Part shown: positions 56,006 through 64,000 of the stretch, piece after piece
How the letters are laid out: the number at the start of each line of letters is the position of its first letter
Numbering within the stretch: position 1 is the stretch's first letter
Source of the DNA: Minisyncoccia bacterium
GTDB lineage: Bacteria; Patescibacteriota; Minisyncoccia; UBA6257; GWB1-50-10
DNA length: 64,000 bases
Direction of reading: 5' to 3'
NCBI GenBank assembly: GCA_049997815.1
Contig: JBEKVQ010000002.1
Span: 74,483-138,482 of the forward strand
Notes under the pieces: model-generated
Seen by the model: only the letters and a program-made list of their open reading frames with translations
What the model was told of the DNA's origin: nothing
The model's database searches: none
Made by a program: the position numbers and the translations under genes

Positions 56006-57080
56006 TGACGGGAAAGTTTATCGTTTCCTCCAGATACTTTTCCAGTTCCTCGGCCGCCAGCTTGTTTCCGGCGATATTCCAATGGATGTCGTTGGGTTTA
56101 TAGAGCTTGAGCCCCCGGTCGTGGGCTTCCTGGAACGGTTTATAAAGGTCCAGGAACGGTACATTATTTTCCCGGAACCATTCAGCGAGCGCAGTGTTAG
56201 GATATGAGAAGTCGTACTCCCCGCTGTATTTGTCGTCGTTTACATTGGCTTTTTGGATTTCCTCTCGAAGCGCCGGGTCTATCTGCATTTGCTCCGGTAT
56301 GACGACGAAAGCGATTTTAGCGCCGTTCTTTTCGCTCAATGTCTTCAGTGCACCAAGTTGGGCCATAACTTTCCCTCGGATATCTTCAAAAACGGGGTAG
56401 GTTTTTCTGGCGCCGGCCAGTATGAATACGTAGGATTCTCCTTCCTCTACTTTTATGAATGCATTCTGATTGAAAGCTGGTCGGTTGTCGTCATAAACAT
56501 CGGCACTGAAGTCAGTTCCCTGGTAAAGGGAAGGACGGATGAAAAAGACATAGCGCAGAAGAGAGGCGACGTAGGAATATTCTTCCGGCTTATCTTCTTT
56601 ATTTGTGGTGAGGGTAGTGAAGTCATTGCCCATGAAGAAGGAAACCAAAACGAGGTCGGGGTTCAATTGAAGCCCCTCATTCGCCAGGACCGATACGTAA
56701 TCCTGCGGGCCGGTCTGGGGTATTCCCATGTTCAGCACCTCAACGTTGTAGCCCTTATCCTGGAGTTGTTTCTCCACAAGCTTCAGATAATTGTTCTCGC
56801 GGGGCACTACTCCGAAGGCAAAGGAGTCGCCCAGGGCAACGATACGGAATACACCCTTTTTCTTTGGCTGGAATTCCGCGTCGTTGAATCCCCGCGAGTT
56901 CAGCTTGGAGCCGTAAAGCTCGGAAAAGGGTTTTCCCCGGAAGCGGTTGTAGGATTGGTCGTAGAAGATGAAGGAAGGCGAGTATGAATTATAGACCCGA
57001 AGCAAAACCTCGGAGAGACCAAGACCGATGGCTATCATAAGCACCGCGCCGAGAAATCTCGTCAGGTATTTTCGTTCCAT
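55998..57080 (-). CDS. SGNH/GDSL hydrolase-like protein (AlgX/AlgJ-type)
   Basis: NSRGF, LGDSFAFG, GND, DIHWN. Confidence 0.85.
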   Translation of the reverse strand: MERKYLTRFLGAVLMIAIGLGLSEVLLRVYNSYSPSFIFYDQSYNRFRGKPFSELYGSKLNSRGFNDAEFQPKKKGVFRIVALGDSFAFGVVPRENNYLKLVEKQLQDKGYNVEVLNMGIPQTGPQDYVSVLANEGLQLNPDLVLVSFFMGNDFTTLTTNKEDKPEEYSYVASLLRYVFFIRPSLYQGTDFSADVYDDNRPAFNQNAFIKVEEGESYVFILAGARKTYPVFEDIRGKVMAQLGALKTLSEKNGAKIAFVVIPEQMQIDPALREEIQKANVNDDKYSGEYDFSYPNTALAEWFRENNVPFLDLYKPFQEAHDRGLKLYKPNDIHWNIAGNKLAAEELEKYLEETINFPVIK

Positions 57081-57081
57081 A

Positions 57082-58200
57082 TCAACTGAATATTATACCT
57101 TCCATTTGTCTGGCGCTCTCGTCCCAATCGTGCGTTCTCGCCCACGCTCGGCATGCTCTTTCCTTTTCGCTGAGCTTTTTAATACTGAGCCACTCGGTGA
57201 TTGCCGCCGCGAAGCGGGAAGTGTCGTAACAATCGACTAGGAGACCGGTTTCTCCGTTCTTTACGGATTCCTTAAGTCCCGGAACGTCGTTTGCGATAAT
57301 GAAGGTCCCGGTCGCATTCGCTTCCAGGACGGTAATGCTATACCCCTCTATTCTTGACGGAGCCACGAAAAGCCAGGCTGTCTTTAGAAGCTCCCGCTTT
57401 TGCTCTTCCGATACGAAGCCCGGAAACGATATTTCCCTGGGCGAATATTCACGGCGGTAGCATTTTAAAATGCTCCGAGTGCGGTTACTCCCGAACGAGA
57501 ATTCTCGCCCCGCTATGACATATTGAACATCTCCGATTGCGCGTTTTACGAGCGGGTAGGTTTTCAAAAGAAGGTCGGTGCCTTTTCTTCCCTCAAGGCG
57601 TCCCAGAAAAAGGACCGTCGGCCGGCGGGCGTACTCTTTATTTATGTTTAGAAGATTTTTATCAATTCCGTTCAGGACCTTATAGACGTTGGAAAATCCG
57701 TTGCCCAGTAACTCCTCGCGCATCCATTCGCTCACCACCACCACGGTTTCTTTTTTATAGAGCACACGGAAGAACGCCTCTGCAATGACTGAAATTAGGG
57801 CGAAAAACGGCCTTTGGGAAGAAAAAGCATGTACCCCGTTGAAGTTATGGATCATCACCGCCTTATTTTGTTTTGGATAGAAGAGGGGTGTGAAAAGGGG
57901 TATGACGCTCACGTCTTCAAAGAGAACGTCTGGCTTGAGCGTTTGCAGGTATCCTTTGAGCACAAGTGGCAGAAGCAGATGGATTCGGATGACGTTTTCC
58001 GAACGGGGACTTCCGATTCGGATGATATTGATGTTCCGATAAATTTCCTCTCTTTGCGCTCCCGGAAACATCGCCGCGAGAAGAAAAACCCGATTGTGCG
58101 CACCGATGCGCGAGAATATTTCGGCGAGGTTTTTTTCGGCGCCACCCGCCTTCGGGTGGAGGGGACAGAATTTATTTATGATGAGTATCGTTTTTGCCAT
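57082..58200 (-). CDS. Glycosyltransferase family 4
   Basis: HPKAGGAE, FLGRL..RKG, EGYSITVLEANA. Confidence 0.9.
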   Translation of the reverse strand: MAKTILIINKFCPLHPKAGGAEKNLAEIFSRIGAHNRVFLLAAMFPGAQREEIYRNINIIRIGSPRSENVIRIHLLLPLVLKGYLQTLKPDVLFEDVSVIPLFTPLFYPKQNKAVMIHNFNGVHAFSSQRPFFALISVIAEAFFRVLYKKETVVVVSEWMREELLGNGFSNVYKVLNGIDKNLLNINKEYARRPTVLFLGRLEGRKGTDLLLKTYPLVKRAIGDVQYVIAGREFSFGSNRTRSILKCYRREYSPREISFPGFVSEEQKRELLKTAWLFVAPSRIEGYSITVLEANATGTFIIANDVPGLKESVKNGETGLLVDCYDTSRFAAAITEWLSIKKLSEKERACRAWARTHDWDESARQMEGIIFS

Positions 58201-58247
58201 TCTTGTCCGATATCCAAATTATCGCATTTTTAAGATACAATGTGCAT

Positions 58248-59492
58248 GTGGATGAGGTTTACGGTAAACTGAAAAAATTATCGCTCGGCCTAGGCCGAAT
58301 TATTTTGGGAATTGTCGCGGTGCTTCTTATCGGAGAGGTCGTCTCAATATTGCTTTTTACCGTAAAGGATGGGAAATTCATTCCCGCGAAGGAAAGATTC
58401 CTTTCTCGGGCTGACGCTTACGTTCAGGAACTCAATGGCTTGACCAACGATAATTGCACTGCCGACGAGATGTACGCGCCCCATCCTTATCTCGGATATG
58501 TTTTGAAAACCATTGGCCGTTGCAGTGTTCCCACCGCGAACAGTAGCGGTCTTTTCGGAGATAATCCGCCGCTTGAAAAATCCAAGGATAAGTTCACCGT
58601 TCTTTTGAGCGGCGGCTCCGTCGCGACCGAGTTCGGACAAATGAGTCCGGGCGGGCCGAAGTATCTGGAAGAAGCCCTGAATGCCAAGTACATTAGTCCC
58701 AACGGCAAGCCGTTTTTGGTCTTGAATGGGGCTATCGGGGGATGGAAAGAACCGGACCAATTCATATTGTTTTCTCTTTATGCGAACGTCCTTGATGCCG
58801 TGGTTACTTTGGATGGCTACAATGAATCCGGAGTGATAATGGTAGACCATCGGTTCGAATTTCCGCCGCCGTATTACTTCTCGGCCAATCCTCAGGGTTT
58901 AGCGGGGGGCGGATATGCTCCGGCCCTTGTGAGCTGGATAGCCGACAGCATATACTCGGCACTCTTAAAGAACGGCCTGACCTCCAATTCCCATTTGGCG
59001 TATCTTTTGGGTACTACGGCGGAACATGTCGCGAAATACTACGGTGCCGGAAACCCGGGGGGCGAAAACCTAGTCGATTCGGTAATGAAGTTGCCCTCGG
59101 ATTGGAGTCCCGACAAGCGCTTCGATTGGCAGATGAACCAATATAAGAGCTATATTAGAATGATGAATTACATCGCGGAACGCATGGGCATAAAGACCGC
59201 GAATTTCATCCAGCCGATGCCCCTTATCGACAAGCCGCTTACCGAGGAAGAAAAGTTGAATAGCGACGAGAATGAGAATCAGCTCTTAAAACAAAATTAC
59301 GCGAGGATGACGGATGATCTCATGAGCTTGCGCAATGAGAATATGCCGATTTTCAGCTTGCTTGATATATTCGCGAATGATAAGGAAACCATTTATCGGG
59401 ACCATATCCATCTGAACGATGAAGGTTACCGGATTATGGCCGATGTGATGGCGAAGGATATCGGTGAGGTTTGGGGGTTGAAAACGAAATAA
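58248..59492 (+). CDS. SGNH-like membrane-anchored protein
   Basis: HPYLGY, GGSVA, DGYNE, DHIHLN..G. Likely leaderless GTG at 58248. Confidence 0.75.
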   Translation: MDEVYGKLKKLSLGLGRIILGIVAVLLIGEVVSILLFTVKDGKFIPAKERFLSRADAYVQELNGLTNDNCTADEMYAPHPYLGYVLKTIGRCSVPTANSSGLFGDNPPLEKSKDKFTVLLSGGSVATEFGQMSPGGPKYLEEALNAKYISPNGKPFLVLNGAIGGWKEPDQFILFSLYANVLDAVVTLDGYNESGVIMVDHRFEFPPPYYFSANPQGLAGGGYAPALVSWIADSIYSALLKNGLTSNSHLAYLLGTTAEHVAKYYGAGNPGGENLVDSVMKLPSDWSPDKRFDWQMNQYKSYIRMMNYIAERMGIKTANFIQPMPLIDKPLTEEEKLNSDENENQLLKQNYARMTDDLMSLRNENMPIFSLLDIFANDKETIYRDHIHLNDEGYRIMADVMAKDIGEVWGLKTK

Positions 59493-59503
59493 CATAGAAA
59501 TTC

Positions 59504-59689
59504 ATGTTCAAGGATTTTTTCAAAAGTACTTCAACATATACGAGAACCATTGCCAATCTCTTCCGTTTCCTTTGGAACAAGCGGCTTTGGTTCCTTATTC
59601 CTCTTGTCATCGTACTCGTGATATTCGGGCTTTTCATATTTTTGGGTCAGACCACGCCTCTCGGTCCTTTTATCTACACTATTTTTTAG
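59504..59689 (+). CDS. DUF5989/SxtK-like small membrane protein
   Basis: FLW..RLWFLIPL..L..PFIYTIF. Confidence 0.8.
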   Translation: MFKDFFKSTSTYTRTIANLFRFLWNKRLWFLIPLVIVLVIFGLFIFLGQTTPLGPFIYTIF

Positions 59690-59899
59690 ATGCTAGGCCG
59701 CCTCTCAAGGGGATTGAAGAAATTCGGCGATTTCATCTCCACCTTTATCTTGGTGATTTTTTATTTCACGCTCTTCGCCGTCTTCGCCGTTTGCGTAAGG
59801 TTATTCTCGGATTTTTTGGGAAAGAGGCCCAAGAGTTCGAATTTCATCGGAGTTCGGTCCCGCTTCGAGGATTTGGAAAGTTTCAGACATGAGGGATAA
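59690..59899 (+). CDS. SxtJ-like small membrane protein
   Basis: KKFGDF.S..IL..FYF pattern; located between DUF5989 and the carbamoyltransferase. Confidence 0.6.
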   Translation: MLGRLSRGLKKFGDFISTFILVIFYFTLFAVFAVCVRLFSDFLGKRPKSSNFIGVRSRFEDLESFRHEG

Positions 59900-61688
59900 A
59901 AGCGTGAAAATTCTGGGGCTTTCGTTCTTCTACCATGATGCGGCGGCGGCGCTCTTGATTGATGGCGTGCCGGTGGCGATGGCGGAGGAAGAAAGATTTT
60001 CGAGAAAGAAACATGATTCCGGATATCCCGAGAAAGCGATTGATTTCGTCTTGTCCCGGGCGGGCGTTTCCCCCGAAGAACTGGATTACGTGGTCTTCTA
60101 CGAAAAACCCTTCGTAAAACTTGAACGGGTTTTAAAGACGCTTATCGCCACCTGGCCCTGGACGCCCATCGTTTTTGCCCAGTCCGTGAAGAGCTGGTTC
60201 ATCGATAAGTTGTGGATAAGGAACATTATCGCGCGCGGACTGAAAATCGAATCAGGGAAGATTCTTTTCTCCGATCATCATCTTTCCCATGCCGCTTCGG
60301 CATTTTTCTCTTCCCCCTATGAAGAGGCGGCGATTTTGACGATTGATGGAGTAGGCGAGTGGGCCACGATGTCTCTGGGCGTTGGCCGGGGCAATAAGAT
60401 AGATATCCTCAAAGAAATAAACTTCCCCCATTCGCTCGGCCTCCTTTATTCCGCATTCACGGCATTTCTGGGGTTTGAGGTTAACGAAGGCGAATATAAG
60501 GTGATGGGAATGGCTCCTTACGGGAAGCCCCGGTACGCCGACGAAGTGCGTAAAACGGTGAATGTTCATCCGGACGGTTCATTCGAATTGAATTTGGATT
60601 ACTTCGATTTCTATCGCTCGGAGAAGCGCTCTTTCTCCGACAAGTTCGTAAAGCTTTTCGGAAAGCCCCGCGACCCCAAATCGAAGTTCTTCACGCGGGA
60701 GTCCGGCTGGCTTACGTACTTTGGGGAGAGGCCGGATAATTGGGAAGCGCTGGCCGAAGAACAGGAACGCTATGCCGATATCGCCGCCTCCGTTCAGAAG
60801 GTGACTGAAGATATTATTATCGGCCTTTCGGATACAGCTTGCCGGGAGACCGGATTGGACAAGCTTTGCTACGCCGGCGGCGTTGCTCTAAATTCGGTGG
60901 CGAATTGGAAGATCGTTCAAAATACTTCTTTCAAAGAAATTTTTATCCAGCCGGCGGGCGGAGATGCCGGCGGGGCGCTGGGCGCAGCTCTCTATGTTCA
61001 CTATGCGCTTCTCCATACTGGAGAAAAAAGGAATTTCATGTTGAACCATGCTTTCTATGGCGCCGAGTACGGGGAAAATGAGATAAGAGGTTTCTTAGAT
61101 AAAAAAGGTGTCGCTTATTCCCATTTCGACAAGGAAGAAGAATTGCTCACGCACGCCGTCTCCGCCTTGACGCGAGGGAAGGTGATGGGTTGGTTTCAGG
61201 GAAGATTTGAGTGGGGTCCCCGAGCGCTGGGTGCGCGCTCAATTTTAGCCGACCCGCGCAATGCCGAGATGAAGAATATTGTGAACGTGAAGATAAAATT
61301 CCGCGAACCTTACCGTCCTTTTGCACCCTCGGTCTTGGCGGAAGATGCCGAAGATCTATTTGAATTCCCCGATGCTCTGCACCACTTACCCGGACGGTTC
61401 ATGCTTTATGTGGTTCCAGTTAAAAAAGACCGCCGGAAAGAAGTTCCGGCCATTACTCACGTTGACGGAACCGCCCGGCCTCAACTGGTCTTTAAAGAGA
61501 CGAGCGAGCGGTACTATCGATTGATTAAAAAGTTCAAGGAAGTTACCGGCGTCCCGATGGTCCTTAACACCTCTTTTAATCTGAAAGGGGAGCCGATCGT
61601 GAATACTCCCGAAGATGCCTTGGCGACATTTGAAAGAAGCGGGCTGGATGTCCTGGTTCTGGGGAACTTCGTGGTTACGAAGAATTGA
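59889..61688 (+). CDS. O-carbamoyltransferase (CmcH/NodU/SxtI family)
   Basis: HDAAAA, EEERF.RKKH, HHLSHA, DGVGE, GEYKVMG, GGVALN, GPRALG.RSI, FRE..RPFAP, LNTSFN. Confidence 0.95.
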   Translation: MRDKSVKILGLSFFYHDAAAALLIDGVPVAMAEEERFSRKKHDSGYPEKAIDFVLSRAGVSPEELDYVVFYEKPFVKLERVLKTLIATWPWTPIVFAQSVKSWFIDKLWIRNIIARGLKIESGKILFSDHHLSHAASAFFSSPYEEAAILTIDGVGEWATMSLGVGRGNKIDILKEINFPHSLGLLYSAFTAFLGFEVNEGEYKVMGMAPYGKPRYADEVRKTVNVHPDGSFELNLDYFDFYRSEKRSFSDKFVKLFGKPRDPKSKFFTRESGWLTYFGERPDNWEALAEEQERYADIAASVQKVTEDIIIGLSDTACRETGLDKLCYAGGVALNSVANWKIVQNTSFKEIFIQPAGGDAGGALGAALYVHYALLHTGEKRNFMLNHAFYGAEYGENEIRGFLDKKGVAYSHFDKEEELLTHAVSALTRGKVMGWFQGRFEWGPRALGARSILADPRNAEMKNIVNVKIKFREPYRPFAPSVLAEDAEDLFEFPDALHHLPGRFMLYVVPVKKDRRKEVPAITHVDGTARPQLVFKETSERYYRLIKKFKEVTGVPMVLNTSFNLKGEPIVNTPEDALATFERSGLDVLVLGNFVVTKN

Positions 61689-61696
61689 TACCCCGG

Positions 61697-62761
61697 TTAT
61701 TTTATGGATAGCGTTGAGAGAACGATGGAGTTCGAGATGGTCTCTAGGCCGATGATGGTTGAAACGAGCATCGGGTCGAAAAGGGAGGAGTCCGCTCCGG
61801 CTATCTTCATTATTACGGGTACGCCGATTAGGAGAGACCCCAGTGTAAGGGCGGACGAGAGGCGGAATCGGGCGTAAAACTTTCTCAAGGATTCGTTGGT
61901 CTCATTAAATCGCGTCATCAGATAGGTTTTTGCGAAAAGCCCAAGGAAGAGTATCTGAACCCCGAAAATGGGGAGAAGGATTCTGACCGTGGCGGTCGCA
62001 AAGATGGGACTGATCCCTTCGCCGGTTGCGAGTCCGAAGATTCCCAAAAGCAGGAGAATGCCACCCACGGCCAAATAGGCCGATATCGGCGTCTGGATGA
62101 GTATGTACTTGACGTGGGAGAAGCCGTCCCGGTAGGGCCTTAACTTAGAGGCGCCTTTTCTCCTGAAATAATTGATGGGCATCTCTTTAATTACAAGATT
62201 CCTTTTCTTCGCTTTTATGAGCATTTCCGTCGCGAATTCCATCCCGGCGGTTTTAAGTTCAAGCTCGTCGAAGGTTTTCCGGCGGAGGACCCGGAAGCCG
62301 GATTGGCTGTCGGACATTTTGATTCCGAAGAATAAAAGAAGTAAGGCATTGATTATCGGAGTACCGATGAAGCGGTGCGAGAAGGGCATTGCTCCTTTCT
62401 CGATATTCCCCATCTTCCGGCTTCCAATGACAATGTCGGCATCGTGAAGCGCGCGGACAAGATTCGGAATTTCGGCGAAGCGGTATGTCCCATCCCCGTC
62501 TGCGTACGCCAGAATTTCGCCGTGCGAATTCTCGACGCCTTCCCGGATAGCCACCCCGTAGCCCTCCTGGTCGTGTTTCGCGACCGCCGCCCCCATGTCC
62601 TCGGCAATGCGGCGGGAACCGTCTTTTGAAGAATCCGAAACGATTATTTCACCGTCAATGTTTTCTTTCGCCAGCACTTCCTTGATCTCTCGGATGCATT
62701 CCCCGATGGCTTCCTTTTCGTCCCGGCACGGCACGATGACGGAGATTTTTATGCCTTTCAT
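61697..62761 (-). CDS. GT2 polyprenol-phosphate glycosyltransferase (DPM synthase-like) with C-terminal TM segments
   Basis: DGDGTY, GSR, SDSQSGFR, GMEFATEM, SKL..RDG. Confidence 0.85.
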   Translation of the reverse strand: MKGIKISVIVPCRDEKEAIGECIREIKEVLAKENIDGEIIVSDSSKDGSRRIAEDMGAAVAKHDQEGYGVAIREGVENSHGEILAYADGDGTYRFAEIPNLVRALHDADIVIGSRKMGNIEKGAMPFSHRFIGTPIINALLLLFFGIKMSDSQSGFRVLRRKTFDELELKTAGMEFATEMLIKAKKRNLVIKEMPINYFRRKGASKLRPYRDGFSHVKYILIQTPISAYLAVGGILLLLGIFGLATGEGISPIFATATVRILLPIFGVQILFLGLFAKTYLMTRFNETNESLRKFYARFRLSSALTLGSLLIGVPVIMKIAGADSSLFDPMLVSTIIGLETISNSIVLSTLSIK

Positions 62762-62790
62762 CCGTATTAGCTTATAATAGAAATATCCTC

Positions 62791-64000
62791 ATGTCGATTT
62801 TGATTGCTTCCCCGCTCATTTTTCTTTTGCCCGGCTATGCGATTACTCTCGCGATGCCATGGGTGCGTCGCGCAATTGCGCGGCTGGGATACGCTTTGGT
62901 AACGAGTGTTGCTCTTGGGGTGGTTGTAAGCTCCGGAGCGGCGTATGCAAAATTTCCATTGGGAGCTTCGCTTTTTGCATCGCTCGTCGCCGTAACCCTT
63001 CTTTTCGGATTGGCGTTCAGGCGGCGGATTACGCAGGTAGCGGAGGAGTGGCGGGACATGGCGAGGGCAGAATGGCTCTTCCTCGGATTCGCGCTTCTTA
63101 TTGCCGTAGCCGCGGCCGTTTTCATCGCCGTTCCTCATTTTAATTATCCATGGCCGAGCCACGGGGATGAATGGTGGTCGGTTGGCACCGTTCAGAACCT
63201 TTTGAGCGGTAAATCTATCAATACCCACCCTTATCTCCCCATAGATTTTCCGGATTATAAGCCGGGTTTTTACAGCTACATTGCTTCCGTCCTTAATCTT
63301 GTGGGCGCTGATCCGGTGAGTTCCTGGGCTTTTTTGCCGGCGCTCAATGTTTTTCTGGTTTCATTCGTGGCCTCGCTCTTTCTCTTCGGACAAACGAAGA
63401 GATCTTTTGCGGGTTTGCTCCTGCCGGTTTTTTTGGTCGCTCTGCGGTCGGATATCAACATTCTGGGTTGGTGGTTTTTCGTTCCCTCAATGTTCGCGTT
63501 CTTTTTTATCCTGCCTCTACTCTTCGGTATGCGCGATTGGCTCCGCTCGTCTTCCGGTCTCGGTTGGGCGGCTTTGGCGCTTGGCGCTCTTTTTCTCGTT
63601 TACCTTCCCTTTGGCGTTCTCGCCGTTTTCGCGTTGGCATTGTCCGCCGTCTTTATCTTGGATAAGCGTCGCCGTATTTTTATGCTGGTTGTTATTTTAT
63701 TTCTTATTGCTGCGGGAGTCGTCATGGGGATGGCGTTAAGCCCCTACCAGGTTTATTGGCAGATAGCGAACTTCCATTTTTCTTCTCCGCTCGCGGAAAA
63801 ATTTGTTTCGTCGTTCTTCGTGCCGGCCGGAGCGACAGTGCCGGATCCTCGCCATGCATTCTTGGGTTTTCTCGGCCTGCCCATCCTCGTACTGGCGGTG
63901 ATTGGGGCGTGGTGCGTGCGGAAAGAGAAGTGGATGTATGGCGTGCTTACGGCATTCGCCATGGGCGCACTCAATCTGGTTTTGCTTTGGATAACCGATG
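62791..64000 (+). CDS. Polytopic membrane protein, probable GT-C glycosyltransferase (partial, runs off the window)
   Basis: Open frame from ATG 62791 to the window end (MSILIASPLIFLLPGY..); many TM segments; HGDEW acidic motif in the first large loop. Not in the ORF track. Confidence 0.7.
   Translation, partial: MSILIASPLIFLLPGYAITLAMPWVRRAIARLGYALVTSVALGVVVSSGAAYAKFPLGASLFASLVAVTLLFGLAFRRRITQVAEEWRDMARAEWLFLGFALLIAVAAAVFIAVPHFNYPWPSHGDEWWSVGTVQNLLSGKSINTHPYLPIDFPDYKPGFYSYIASVLNLVGADPVSSWAFLPALNVFLVSFVASLFLFGQTKRSFAGLLLPVFLVALRSDINILGWWFFVPSMFAFFFILPLLFGMRDWLRSSSGLGWAALALGALFLVYLPFGVLAVFALALSAVFILDKRRRIFMLVVILFLIAAGVVMGMALSPYQVYWQIANFHFSSPLAEKFVSSFFVPAGATVPDPRHAFLGFLGLPILVLAVIGAWCVRKEKWMYGVLTAFAMGALNLVLLWITD

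Noticed and set aside
59504-61688. Saxitoxin biosynthesis cluster
   Set aside because: Only sxtI/J/K/L-like accessory genes are present. There is no sxtA, sxtG or other core gene.

Overview
A 64-kb cell-envelope and surface-glycan island from a streamlined bacterium, most likely Patescibacteria/CPR (Parcubacteria-like). That assignment is inferred from gene style: a PG-binding S-layer-like protein, near-leaderless sigma70 promoters and overlapping genes. Genetic code 11. The window opens with a structured ~370-nt leader and a 1104-aa S-layer-like gene, followed by a WaaL/PglL-like ligase. About 40 glycan genes follow: GT2/GT4/GT-C enzymes, 4,6- and 3-dehydratases, split and fused transketolase-like TPP enzymes, 7 SAM methyltransferases, a B12 radical SAM enzyme, C5-epimerase, AsnB amidotransferase, a carbamoyltransferase/SxtJ/DUF5989/SGNH module, two Wzx flippases, Wzm/Wzt and a priming transferase. 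A small thiol-redox cluster (DsbA, glutaredoxin, TrxB, tiny Cys proteins) and a mosaic fibre-like surface protein interrupt the island. The most striking feature is a 277-bp transposase-free element (42086-42362) encoding only a GIY-YIG nuclease between perfect 14-bp terminal inverted repeats. It sits precisely in the start codon of the priming glycosyltransferase with a TGAA duplication. It takes over the host promoter and ATG and regenerates the host ATG, overlapping its own stop codon. A second, stop-disrupted GIY-YIG gene lies at 3851-4105. All product calls are from motif recognition only; no database searches were run.
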